Shown: positions 46,700 through 55,906 of the stretch, one piece after another
Layout: every line of letters begins with the position of its first letter
Position numbering within the stretch: position 1 is the stretch's first letter
Assembly (NCBI GenBank): GCA_937891825.1
Contig: CALAHN010000081.1
Location: 6,700-70,699, forward strand
Length of the DNA stretch: 64,000 bases
From: an uncultured Alphaproteobacteria bacterium
GTDB lineage: Bacteria > Pseudomonadota > Alphaproteobacteria > Bin95
Reading direction: 5' to 3'
The notes under the pieces: model-generated
Databases searched by the model: none
Told to the model about the DNA's origin: nothing
Seen by the model: only the letters and a program-made list of their open reading frames with translations
Position numbers and translations under genes: made by a program

Positions 46700-49662
46700 G
46701 CGCCGTCCTCCACATCCTCGGCGCGCCTGGCAAGCGAGCGATAGTCGGAATAGCTGACGGCGCCTCTGGGTTCGCTGAGATAGGGCGTCGCCGCATCGTC
46801 GAAGGCGTCGATCAGCCGGCCCATGCCCTGCCAGCAGGTGGCAAGCGCCTCGGCGACTTCCGCCTCCTTCAGTTTCACGACCTTGCCGTCGCCCTTACCG
46901 CCGATCTTCCAGATCGCGAGATGCGCCGTCGTTTCGCCCGAGAGGCCGCCGAATTCGCCGTAGAGCACGATCGCGGCTTCAAGCGGCAATTGCGGCTCCG
47001 TCCCGTCGCGAATGGATTTAATGGTCGGCGCGGTCCCGGTCTTGATGTCGGCGATGGCGACGGCGCCGGACGCCAGCCGGTCGATGCGGTCTGCCCGACC
47101 GGTCAGCTTGAAAAGGCCGGCCGGGGCCGCGAAGGAGGCTGCGCCCTTGACCTCGGGCAGGACCTCGGTCACAGCGAGCGCCTGGCGATGGTCGCGTTCG
47201 GTCTCCGCCGCCCAGGCGGCCGCCCGGTCGAAGGCTGGGCGCCAGAATGCGGCGATAGTGGGAATATCGGCCAACGGCCCGAACGCCGTCGCCGCCGCCT
47301 GCCTGAGTTCCGCCGCGATATCCGCCGGGAGGGATGTCGGCCAGTCCCGCAAGAAGGTTTCAAAGGCCGCATGGACGATCGCGCCCCGATCCGCGGGATT
47401 GGGCGTCGGGTCCAGGGCAGGCAGGGCCGTCAGCCCCAGGACATGGCGGGCGTAGATCGCGTAAGGGTCGTCGCGCAGGGTCTTGATCTGCGTCACTGAC
47501 AATTGCCGCGGCCGCATGGCGATATCCGGCGTCGGGGCGGGTTCCGGGATGACGATCTTCGGCAGGATCGGGTCCAGCCGCTTCGCCCAGTCCCGGTAGG
47601 GCCGCCCGTCGTCGGCGTGCAGGGGTTCTTCCTGAGCGGCGGCCAGAACCGCGTCGAGCCGCGCCAGCCAGCGCGACGGCTTGGTCGGCGCGCCCTCCCG
47701 GCGCAGGCTGCGGGTCAGCAGGACATTGGGCGTCGCCAGCAATTGCGCGAAGTCGTGGGCCGAGAGGCCGATGCGGCGCTCCAGGTCCGAGAGGCCGATT
47801 TCGGCGCGCATCGGGCGGCTGAACCAGGGATCGGTCGGCGCCTTCCGGGGCCAGACGCCCTCGTCGAGACCGCCGAGCGCGATGGCGTCATACCGGCCGA
47901 GCCGGGCTTCCAGAACGCCAAGGATGGCGACGCCGCCGCCGCTCCGGCGCGGGCGCACGGGCTGGCTCGCGATCAGGGCGTCGAAGGCGTCGGGATAGTC
48001 GTCGAGGCCAAGGGCAGGGCTCGCCGGGGCTGCTTCCAGGATGCTCGCGAGCAACAAGGCGGCCGCCTCGCCGTCCGCTTCCCGCCAGAGCCGCTCCGCG
48101 CCGGATGCGGCCTCGGTCGCGGCCAGAGCTTCGGCGACTTCGATATGGGCGGTCAGGAGCGCGGCAAGCGGCGCCTCTGCGTCTTCGCCGAACGCGGCGA
48201 GCGGCGCGGTCAGGTCCTGAATGCGCTGGGCGAAGGCCTGAAGCGCCGGGTCCTCGTTGAGCAATCCGACGACCGCCGCCATCGAGGTTGCGCTGCGTTG
48301 CAGTTTCTTGTCGCGCCAGACCTTGAGCTCCAGCGCGCGGGCCGCCTGGCGGAAGGCGGCCCGCTTGCCGCCCCCGGCGGCCAGGGGATGTTTCAGCAGG
48401 CTCAGCAGATCGACCGCGGCGGCGCCGGGCCGGCAGGCGCGGGCGACCAGCCGGAGAAAGGCCCCGACCGGCATGTCCCCAAGCGGGCGGCCGCTCGAAT
48501 CGTCGGCCTCGATGCCCCAGCGCCTGAGTTCGACCGCGACCCGGCGGGCGAGCGCGCGGTCGGGCGTCGCCAGCGCCACGGCGTCGCCATGCCCGGCGAA
48601 GGCGCGGAGATAGAGGGCGATGACCCGCGCTTCCTCGTGGTCGGTCGCGGCGTCGACCCGTTCGATCCCGTTCCGGCCGGCAAGGAAGGTCCCGGGCGCC
48701 AGATCGGCCCAACCGGCGACGCTATCGGCCGGGCGGAGCGCTTCCTGAATGAACCGCCGCCGTTCCCGCGCGCCGGCGAAATCCGAGGCCGGCCAGGGCT
48801 CGACCGCATCCTGCTTGACCTTGAGGTCGATCAGGGCGGCGGCCATGGCGTGCTGCGGATGGCTGGGGGCTTCCAGGACGGCCCGGAACTCGGCGTCGGT
48901 CTGGTCATGCTCGAAGCCGGGCAGCACGACCGCGCCCTGCGGCGCCGCCAGCACGGCGGCCATCAGGTCGCGGGTCGAGGCGAGCGCGCCGGTCGATCCG
49001 GCGATCACCACGGGCGCGTCGGCCGGCGTCGCGCGCCAGACGGCTGCCTGGGCCGCGAGCAGGGCCTCGCGGCGGGCGGCTGGGTCCATCCGGTCGGCTT
49101 CCGTCAGGATTTCGGGCCAGGCGTCGAGCACGATCTTCAGGAACTGCACGACGGCCTGCCAGTGGGCGGCATACTGGCCGGGGTCGATCGCGGCGATCCT
49201 GGCGACGTCGACGCGCTCGATCTGCAATTCGTCGAGGAAGCGCGAAAGTGCGGCGGCGACGCGAATCGCGGCGGCGAGCGGCAGCGTATCGCCATGCTCC
49301 GCCGTGTGCCGCTTCTGGGCGAGAGCGGCCAGCATGAACTGGCGGCGGAGGGGATCGATCGCCGGCGGCAGGTCCAGGGTCGCCTCGATCCGGCCGAGCG
49401 CCGGTTCGACCGCGGCGAAGGCCAGCTCCTCGGCCTCGACGTCGCCGAGCGCATAGGCCTGGGGCAGCAGCCCGGCGCCGTTCGCGTGACGCAGGAAAGC
49501 CGCCGTCAGGTCGCGGCAGGCGCGCCGGGTCGGCAGGTAAACCCGCGTCTTCGCAAGGGTTTCCGGCGGATAGGCCCGGATCAGCCCGGCCGCGAGATCG
49601 TCGAGGAAACTGGCGCCGGCCGGGATCGTGAACAAGCCGCGGAGCGTCATGCCGGCGCTCAC
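46696..49662 (-). CDS. addB: Double-strand break repair protein AddB
   Basis: 988 aa; overlaps addA start by 4 nt; conserved alphaproteobacterial addB–addA–trxA order. Confidence 0.8.
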   Translation of the reverse strand: MSAGMTLRGLFTIPAGASFLDDLAAGLIRAYPPETLAKTRVYLPTRRACRDLTAAFLRHANGAGLLPQAYALGDVEAEELAFAAVEPALGRIEATLDLPPAIDPLRRQFMLAALAQKRHTAEHGDTLPLAAAIRVAAALSRFLDELQIERVDVARIAAIDPGQYAAHWQAVVQFLKIVLDAWPEILTEADRMDPAARREALLAAQAAVWRATPADAPVVIAGSTGALASTRDLMAAVLAAPQGAVVLPGFEHDQTDAEFRAVLEAPSHPQHAMAAALIDLKVKQDAVEPWPASDFAGARERRRFIQEALRPADSVAGWADLAPGTFLAGRNGIERVDAATDHEEARVIALYLRAFAGHGDAVALATPDRALARRVAVELRRWGIEADDSSGRPLGDMPVGAFLRLVARACRPGAAAVDLLSLLKHPLAAGGGKRAAFRQAARALELKVWRDKKLQRSATSMAAVVGLLNEDPALQAFAQRIQDLTAPLAAFGEDAEAPLAALLTAHIEVAEALAATEAASGAERLWREADGEAAALLLASILEAAPASPALGLDDYPDAFDALIASQPVRPRRSGGGVAILGVLEARLGRYDAIALGGLDEGVWPRKAPTDPWFSRPMRAEIGLSDLERRIGLSAHDFAQLLATPNVLLTRSLRREGAPTKPSRWLARLDAVLAAAQEEPLHADDGRPYRDWAKRLDPILPKIVIPEPAPTPDIAMRPRQLSVTQIKTLRDDPYAIYARHVLGLTALPALDPTPNPADRGAIVHAAFETFLRDWPTSLPADIAAELRQAAATAFGPLADIPTIAAFWRPAFDRAAAWAAETERDHRQALAVTEVLPEVKGAASFAAPAGLFKLTGRADRIDRLASGAVAIADIKTGTAPTIKSIRDGTEPQLPLEAAIVLYGEFGGLSGETTAHLAIWKIGGKGDGKVVKLKEAEVAEALATCWQGMGRLIDAFDDAATPYLSEPRGAVSYSDYRSLARRAEDVEDGA

Positions 49663-50432
49663 AGCAGCAAGGGCTGGCGGGCGGGATCGGCGGCGACGCG
49701 GGCGGCTGTCAGGCGGGCGGGCGTGCCGACGTCCATCCAGCCGCCGCCATGGGTCACGCCGAACAGGCGCCCGGCCTTGGCGGCGCGGTCATAAAGCGCA
49801 TTCAGGGAGAACGCCCCATCCGGCAATCCGGCGAACGCGCCGGGGGTCAGCAATTGAGCGCCGGTGAACAGGAAAGGCGAGGTTTCGGTTTCGTGGCGGC
49901 GCACGAGAGCGCCGATGCCATCCATGTAGAAATCGCCGCGACCCTCATAGCCCTGGGCGCGCATGGTCGGCAGCATCAGCAGCAAGGCGTCCATGGCGGC
50001 CGGCCGCCAGGCGCTTTTCAGGGCGTCGAGACCGTTCGCGAGCGCGTCGTTCCACCAGACATCCGCATTGACTGCAAAGAACGGCGCGGCGCCCAGCAGC
50101 GGCAGGGCCTGCTTCACGCCGCCGCCGGTTTCCAGCGGCTCGTCCTCAAGCGAGACCTCGACCGGCAGCGGCGGCGCGGCCCGGTTGAGATGGGCGACGA
50201 TCTGGTCCTTCAAATGGGCGGCGTTGACGACCGCCCGTTCGACCCCGGCCGCCGCCAGGCCTTGCAGCGCCTGATCCAGCAGCGCGACGCCGCCGACCTC
50301 CATCAACGCCTTCGGGCGTTGCCGGCCGAGCGCCCCAAGGCGCGCGCCGCGCCCGGCCGCCAGCACCATGCCGACCCGAACAATGGCGGGCGGCGCGGGC
50401 GTCAGAACCAGGCGGGCGATGTCGGCGCTCAT
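49659..50432 (-). CDS. Nucleotidyltransferase family protein (MurU-like N-acetylmuramate-1-phosphate uridylyltransferase)
   Basis: 257 aa; MVLAAGRGARLGALGRQRPKAL G-rich NTP-transferase motif; synteny with AmgK-like kinase. Confidence 0.7.
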   Translation of the reverse strand: MSADIARLVLTPAPPAIVRVGMVLAAGRGARLGALGRQRPKALMEVGGVALLDQALQGLAAAGVERAVVNAAHLKDQIVAHLNRAAPPLPVEVSLEDEPLETGGGVKQALPLLGAAPFFAVNADVWWNDALANGLDALKSAWRPAAMDALLLMLPTMRAQGYEGRGDFYMDGIGALVRRHETETSPFLFTGAQLLTPGAFAGLPDGAFSLNALYDRAAKAGRLFGVTHGGGWMDVGTPARLTAARVAADPARQPLLL

Positions 50433-51448
50433 CGGGCGGCGGCGCTCTCAAGCTGAATGGCGCGTTGGCGGGCGTCCGCCGGCAGCGCGCAGTCGAGAAA
50501 TTCCGCCACATCGGCGAGCAGCGGATGGGCGAGGCTAGTTTCGAGCAGGGACCAGGTTCGGCGCATGTGTTTCAAATACCCCGGTTTCCCATCGCGCCGC
50601 CAGAGCCTGACCCACAGGCCGGCGACGCGCATGTGCCTTTGCCCGCCATGAACGGCGAGCGCCGCTGCGATCGCTTGGGCCTCGAATTCGGGAAACGCCG
50701 CCCGGTAGCGCAGGATGCACGAAGCCTTGATGGCAGGATCGAGCGGCCGCCGAGCATCCTCCAGCAATGAGGCGAGGTCATAGGCGAAAGGTCCCCACGC
50801 GGCATCCTGAAAGTCGAGCACGCCGCACGCCTGAACCCCGGCCCGGTCGTCGAGGCGCATCAAATTATCCACGTGAAAATCCCGATGCACGACGCCGCAT
50901 CCAAGGCCAGGGGCTCGCTTCAGGGCATCGAGCCAGAGGGCGTCGAAGGTCGCGCGCGTCGCTGGGCTCGGCGGCTTGTCCATGACCGCGGGCCAGAGCC
51001 AGTCGAGGACAGTCGAAAGCTGGGCGACCCGGGTTTCAGCCGTATAGGCAGGAAGGCCCGGAGGCCGGTCGGGCATCGCCTGGCGGAGCTGGATCAGGGC
51101 GTCGGTCGCGAGGTCATAGAGCGGTGCCGGGTTCGCGCCGGCGTCCAGCAAGCGGGTGAAGGTCCGGTCGCCGAAATCCTCGAGCAACAGGAAGCCCGCG
51201 TCCACGTCAGCCGCGATCGCCGTCGGCGTGCTGAGGCCGGCGGCGGCAAACAGGGCGCCGACGGACAGGAACGGGCGGATGTCTTCCCTGGGCGGCGGCG
51301 CGTCCATCAGCATGGCGGTCGCGCCGTCGAGCGTCAGCCGGGCATAGCGCCGGAACGAAGCATCGCCCGGCCGCCACGCCAGATCGGCGGCGGCCCATCC
51401 AGCTTGCCGGAGGAACGCCGTGCGGAGGGCGTCGCGGTCCTGCATCAA
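50429..51448 (-). CDS. Aminoglycoside phosphotransferase-fold kinase (AmgK-like anomeric MurNAc/GlcNAc kinase)
   Basis: 339 aa; VVHRDFHVDNLM catalytic loop, DFQDA motif. Confidence 0.7.
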   Translation of the reverse strand: MMQDRDALRTAFLRQAGWAAADLAWRPGDASFRRYARLTLDGATAMLMDAPPPREDIRPFLSVGALFAAAGLSTPTAIAADVDAGFLLLEDFGDRTFTRLLDAGANPAPLYDLATDALIQLRQAMPDRPPGLPAYTAETRVAQLSTVLDWLWPAVMDKPPSPATRATFDALWLDALKRAPGLGCGVVHRDFHVDNLMRLDDRAGVQACGVLDFQDAAWGPFAYDLASLLEDARRPLDPAIKASCILRYRAAFPEFEAQAIAAALAVHGGQRHMRVAGLWVRLWRRDGKPGYLKHMRRTWSLLETSLAHPLLADVAEFLDCALPADARQRAIQLESAAAR

Positions 51449-52896
51449 TAACCGGGCGGCGGCTCGAAGGCCTGAAAGTCGCGCTCAAGCATTTTCGCGG
51501 TCTCGATCCCGGTCAGGTCCTCCAGATAGGGTGCGATGATCTGCACGCCGACCGGCAGGCCGGAGCGCGTGAGGCCGATGGGCGCGCTGGTGCCCGGCAA
51601 GCCGACGACGCCGTTCCATCCGGCCCAGAACAACTGGTCCGTCGTCGGCACGGGCTTGCCGTTGACCGGGATCGTCCGGTTCCAGCGCTCGCCCGCTTCG
51701 TCCTGAAGGAAGGCGGCGGAAGCTGCGACGGGGCAGAGCAGCACATCCCAGTCCGTGAAGAATTCGGCCCACACAGCCCGCATGCGCATGCGTTCGTTGT
51801 TGAGCTTCAGCCAATCCCGGTGCCGCATGACGTTCGCCCGCGCCATCTCCGCGTAATAGCTGCGGTCGTCCTCCGGCAGGGCGTCGATCTCCCGGAGGTT
51901 CTGCTGGATCAGCGCCTCCGGCTGGCGCCCCGAGGTCGCGGCCCGCAGCAGCGAAATATACGTGCGGTGCGCCGCCATCTGGTCGAGGTCCGGCAGGGCC
52001 GTATCGCTGATCCGGGCGCCGGTCTTCGCCAGAAATTCGATGAGATCGTGCAGCTTTTCGCCGTATTCGGCGTCGGTCTCGGCGACGGGCGACGATGTCT
52101 GCACCGCGATCCTGAGGTCCTTGAGGGCGCGCGCGCGCGGCGCCGGCGGCTCGAACTTCCAGGCTTTGCCTTCATCGGCTTCCGGCCCCACCATCACGCC
52201 GAACGCCGTTTCGATGTCGCTGGCCGAGCGCGCCAGCGGCCCGATCACGGAGATATCCGCGAAAGCATGGGCGCCGGGCAGCGCGTGGCCGCGGGGCGGG
52301 ATCACGCCATAGGTCGGCTTGTGGCCGTAGACGCCGCAATAGTGGGCGGGATTGCGGATCGACGCGCCGATATCGGAGCCGGCCTCAAGCCCCGTCATGC
52401 CGGACGCCAGCGCCGCCGCTGCGCCGCCGGAGGAGCCGCCGGGCGTGCGCGTCAGGTCCCAGGGATTGTTCGTCGTGCCGTAGATTTCATTGTAGCTCTG
52501 CCAGTCGGCCAGCATCAGCGGCACATTGGTCTTGCCGAAGATGACGGCGCCGGCGCCCTTCAGCCGCGCCGCCGCGAGGGCGTCGACGGGCGCGATATTG
52601 TCCTTGAAGGCAGGGTCGCCCCAGGTCGTCGGCAGGCCCTTCAGATTGTAGCTTTCCTTCAGGGTCATCGGCACGCCATGCAGCGGCCCGAGGAGATCGC
52701 CCCTGGCGAGCACCGTGTCGGCGGCCCTGGCGTCGGCCGCCGCGGTTTCGAGGTCGGTCTGGATGATGGCGTTCAGTTTCGGATTGTGGGCATGCATCCG
52801 TCCGATGAAATGCTCCAGCGCCTCGGCCGCGCTAATCCGCTTCTGGCGGATGTCGTCGGCGATGCCTGACGCTGACTTGAAATGCAGATCTGTCAT
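51445..52896 (-). CDS. Amidase (amidase-signature family)
   Basis: 483 aa; GGSSGGAAAALASGMTGLEAGSDIGASIRNPA AS-signature with Ser-cisSer-Lys triad. Confidence 0.85.
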   Translation of the reverse strand: MTDLHFKSASGIADDIRQKRISAAEALEHFIGRMHAHNPKLNAIIQTDLETAAADARAADTVLARGDLLGPLHGVPMTLKESYNLKGLPTTWGDPAFKDNIAPVDALAAARLKGAGAVIFGKTNVPLMLADWQSYNEIYGTTNNPWDLTRTPGGSSGGAAAALASGMTGLEAGSDIGASIRNPAHYCGVYGHKPTYGVIPPRGHALPGAHAFADISVIGPLARSASDIETAFGVMVGPEADEGKAWKFEPPAPRARALKDLRIAVQTSSPVAETDAEYGEKLHDLIEFLAKTGARISDTALPDLDQMAAHRTYISLLRAATSGRQPEALIQQNLREIDALPEDDRSYYAEMARANVMRHRDWLKLNNERMRMRAVWAEFFTDWDVLLCPVAASAAFLQDEAGERWNRTIPVNGKPVPTTDQLFWAGWNGVVGLPGTSAPIGLTRSGLPVGVQIIAPYLEDLTGIETAKMLERDFQAFEPPPGY

Positions 52897-52976
52897 GACG
52901 ACGTGGTTATCCTCTGCCCGATTCCCGATTTCGGGTATAACGATACGTCAGAACCTCGTTGCGGAGAACCGATCCC

Positions 52977-53567
52977 ATGCGTCAGCCCGTCCGTCTCCTT
53001 GCCGTTCTCGCGCTGGCCTTCGGGCTTGCCGGCTGCGGCGTCAACGACATTCCGACCTACGAGGAACAGGCCAAGGCGAACTGGGCCCAGGTTCAGAACC
53101 AGTATCAACGCCGGGCCGACCTGATCCCCAATCTGGTCGAGACCGTGAAGGGCTATGCCGCCCAGGAGCGGGAGACGCTGGAGGCGGTCGTGAAAGCCCG
53201 CGCCGCCGCGAACCAGACGACCCTGTCGCCGGAAATGCTGAACGATCCGGCCGCCTTCCAGAAGTTCCAGGAAGCCCAGGGCCAGCTCGGCTCCGCCCTG
53301 TCGCGGCTGATGGTCGTGGTCGAACGCTATCCCGACCTGAAAAGCGCCGAGAATTTCCGCCAGTTGCAAACCCAGTTGGAAGGCACGGAGAACCGCATCG
53401 CCGTCGCGCGCCGCGACTACATCGAAGCGGTGCGGCTCTATAACACCGAGCTTGTCACCCTTCCCGGCCGGATCTGGGCGTCGCTGCTCTATAGCGAAAA
53501 GCAGCAGATGCAGACTTTCACGACAGCGCCGGAAAACGCGACCGTGCCAAGCGTGAAGTTCAACTGA
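52977..53567 (+). CDS. lemA: LemA family protein
   Basis: ATG 52977 (MRQPVRLLAVLALAFGLAGC lipobox-like); EEQAKANWAQVQNQYQRRADLIPNLVETVKGYAAQE conserved LemA core. Confidence 0.85.
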   Translation: MRQPVRLLAVLALAFGLAGCGVNDIPTYEEQAKANWAQVQNQYQRRADLIPNLVETVKGYAAQERETLEAVVKARAAANQTTLSPEMLNDPAAFQKFQEAQGQLGSALSRLMVVVERYPDLKSAENFRQLQTQLEGTENRIAVARRDYIEAVRLYNTELVTLPGRIWASLLYSEKQQMQTFTTAPENATVPSVKFN

Positions 53568-53571
53568 TCCG

Positions 53572-54372
53572 ATGATCCGCGCCCTCCGCGCCCTTCGCCC
53601 GCTGATCTTCGTCGCCGCATTGACGGCGGCCGTCGTCGCGGGCGGCGTCGGCGGCATGGTCCGGGCGGCGCCCCTGGTCGCGCTCACGGATTATGTGGTC
53701 GATGCGGCCGACGTGATCCCGGCGGACCGGGAAACGGCGCTCTCCGCGCTGCTCCGCGCCCATGAGGCGGAGACATCGAACCAGATTGCGGTCGCGACCG
53801 TGCCGTCATTGAACGGCGAAGTTCTGGAGCAAGCGGCGCTGGAAATCCTGCGCTCCACCGGCTTGGGCCAGGCCAACCGCAATAACGGCGTGCTGTTGTT
53901 GATCGCGGTCGAGGAACGTCGCATCCGGATCGAGGTGGGCTACGGCCTTGAAGGCGCCCTGCCGGATGCGCTGGCGGGGACGATCATCACTCACGCGATC
54001 ACGCCGCGCTTCAAGGCCGGCGACATGCCGGGCGGCATCGAAGCCGGCGTCGAGGCGATCATCGCCGCGATCAAGGGCGAATACGCGGCCGACCCGGACG
54101 ATTGGGACGGCGGCGATCCGGCTTGGATACCGTTCATGATGTTCGGCCTCTGGCTGGCGTTCGTGGTTTTCGTCATGTGGCGGCGCGGCCGGCGAGCCAG
54201 GGGCCGCAAGCGGGGCGGCATCCTGAGCGATATTGCAGCGGGCGCGCTCCTTGGCGGCGCCGCGGGCGGCTCTTCGGGCGGCGGCTGGTCAAGCGGCGGC
54301 GGCTTCGGGGGCGGCGGTTTCGGCGGCGGCGGCGGATCTGGCGGGGGCGGCGGCGCCTCCGGCGGCTGGTAG
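53572..54372 (+). CDS. TPM-domain (YgcG-like) protein with C-terminal TM and Gly-rich tail
   Basis: 266 aa; signal peptide; NQIAVATVPSLNGEVLEQAALEILRSTGLGQANRNNGVLLLIAVEERRIRIEVGYGLEG; ends GGGFGGGGFGGGGGSGGGGG. Confidence 0.8.
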   Translation: MIRALRALRPLIFVAALTAAVVAGGVGGMVRAAPLVALTDYVVDAADVIPADRETALSALLRAHEAETSNQIAVATVPSLNGEVLEQAALEILRSTGLGQANRNNGVLLLIAVEERRIRIEVGYGLEGALPDALAGTIITHAITPRFKAGDMPGGIEAGVEAIIAAIKGEYAADPDDWDGGDPAWIPFMMFGLWLAFVVFVMWRRGRRARGRKRGGILSDIAAGALLGGAAGGSSGGGWSSGGGFGGGGFGGGGGSGGGGGASGGW

Positions 54373-54381
54373 GAGCGGGCA

Positions 54382-55002
54382 ATGGCGGACTTCATCCCAC
54401 CTGAGGCGCAAGCCCGCGTCGAAGCGGCGATCCAGGCGGCGGAAACGCATACCCGCGCCGAGCTTGTCGCCGTGGTCGCGCCGGAGAGCGACGATTATCG
54501 CTTCGTGGTGCTGGCCTTCGCGGCGGTCCTCGGGCTGGCGGCGCCCTTCATTTGGTCGCTTGGCCTGCTCCAGGGCGGGGCGATCGAAGCGCACGCGGCG
54601 TCGCTTGGCGTCGCGCTGGCGATCCTGATCCTCGGGCGGATCGACGGCGTGCGCCGCTTGCTGGCCCCGAAATCCTTGCAGCATCGACGGGCGGCCCGCA
54701 ACGCCCGGGCGCAGTTCTTCAGCCAGAAGGTGCGCATGACGCGGGATCGGGCAGGCGTCCTGCTGTTTGTTTCCGTGTTCGAGCGGCATGTCGAAATCAT
54801 CGCCGACGACGCGGCCGCGGCCGCCGTGCCCGCCGCCGTCTGGGAGGAGGCGATCGCGGCTTTCGTCCAGGCCTTGCGGGCGGACGGCCCGCCTGCGGGC
54901 TTGCTTGCCGCCATCGCCGTGCTCGACGATGCGCTGGCGAAACACCTGCCGGGCGATGCGGCCGATCAGGACGAGTTGCCGAACCGCCTCATCATTCTTT
55001 AG
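54382..55002 (+). CDS. TPM-domain protein (DUF477-like, membrane-anchored)
   Basis: 206 aa; EAQARVEAAIQAAETHTRAELVAVV; completes the common LemA–TPM–TPM triad. Confidence 0.75.
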   Translation: MADFIPPEAQARVEAAIQAAETHTRAELVAVVAPESDDYRFVVLAFAAVLGLAAPFIWSLGLLQGGAIEAHAASLGVALAILILGRIDGVRRLLAPKSLQHRRAARNARAQFFSQKVRMTRDRAGVLLFVSVFERHVEIIADDAAAAAVPAAVWEEAIAAFVQALRADGPPAGLLAAIAVLDDALAKHLPGDAADQDELPNRLIIL

Positions 55003-55033
55003 CATCGCCGGATCCAGAGGAGGCGAGACCCAG

Positions 55034-55906
55034 ATGCCGTTTGACGTGCAGACCCCCCATGCGTTCGCGCATATCCGGACCCGGCCGATCGCCGGCGCGG
55101 TCGGCGCCGAGATCGAAGGCGTCGATCTGGCCGGCGACCTTGGCGACGATGCGATCCGGGAGATCCGTCAGGCGCTCGTGAACCACGGCGTGATCTTCTT
55201 CCGGAACCAGTCCCTGTCCCCGGAGACGCTGATCGCGGCCGGGCGCCGGTTCGGGCCGCTCAATGTGCATCCGATCTACAAGCCGCTGCCCGGCCATCCC
55301 GAAATCCTGCCGGTCGTCAAGGAAGCCGGCGACGCCATGAACATCGGGAATTCCTGGCATTCGGACGTGAGCTTTCTGGAAAAGCCGTCCATGGGATCGC
55401 TGCTTTACGCCGTCGAGGTTCCGCCCTACGGCGGCGACACGATTTTCGCGTGCCAGCGGCTCGCCTATCTCGGCCTCAGCCCGGAGATGCAGCGTATGCT
55501 GGGCGGCATGCGCGCCGTGCATTCCGACCGCATCCTGTCTAGCGCCGCCTCGAAGAAGAAGCGGAACGCCGGCCGCTCGACCATTTTGGACGAACGGGAA
55601 ACGCCGGAAGTCCAGACCATCCATCCGGTCGTCCGCACCCATCCCGAAAGCGGCGCCAAGCATCTCTATGTGAACGAGGCGTTCACCATCGCCTTCGAGG
55701 GCATGAGCGAGGCCGAGAGCAAGCCCTTGCTGGATTACCTCTACCTGCATGCCAGGACGCCGGAATACACCTGCCGCTTCCGGTGGGAGCAAGGCTCCGT
55801 CGCCTTCTGGGACAATCGGGCGGTCCAGCATTATGCCTTGAACGATTACCAGGGCTTTCGGCGCGAAATGTGGCGCGTCACCGTTGAAGGCGAGCGACCG
55901 ATTTGA
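55034..55906 (+). CDS. TauD/TfdA-family Fe(II)/2-oxoglutarate-dependent dioxygenase
   Basis: ATG 55034 with GGAGGA SD (listed ORF 54767.. is over-extended); WHSDVSF (HxD), later His; 290 aa. Confidence 0.8.
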   Translation: MPFDVQTPHAFAHIRTRPIAGAVGAEIEGVDLAGDLGDDAIREIRQALVNHGVIFFRNQSLSPETLIAAGRRFGPLNVHPIYKPLPGHPEILPVVKEAGDAMNIGNSWHSDVSFLEKPSMGSLLYAVEVPPYGGDTIFACQRLAYLGLSPEMQRMLGGMRAVHSDRILSSAASKKKRNAGRSTILDERETPEVQTIHPVVRTHPESGAKHLYVNEAFTIAFEGMSEAESKPLLDYLYLHARTPEYTCRFRWEQGSVAFWDNRAVQHYALNDYQGFRREMWRVTVEGERPI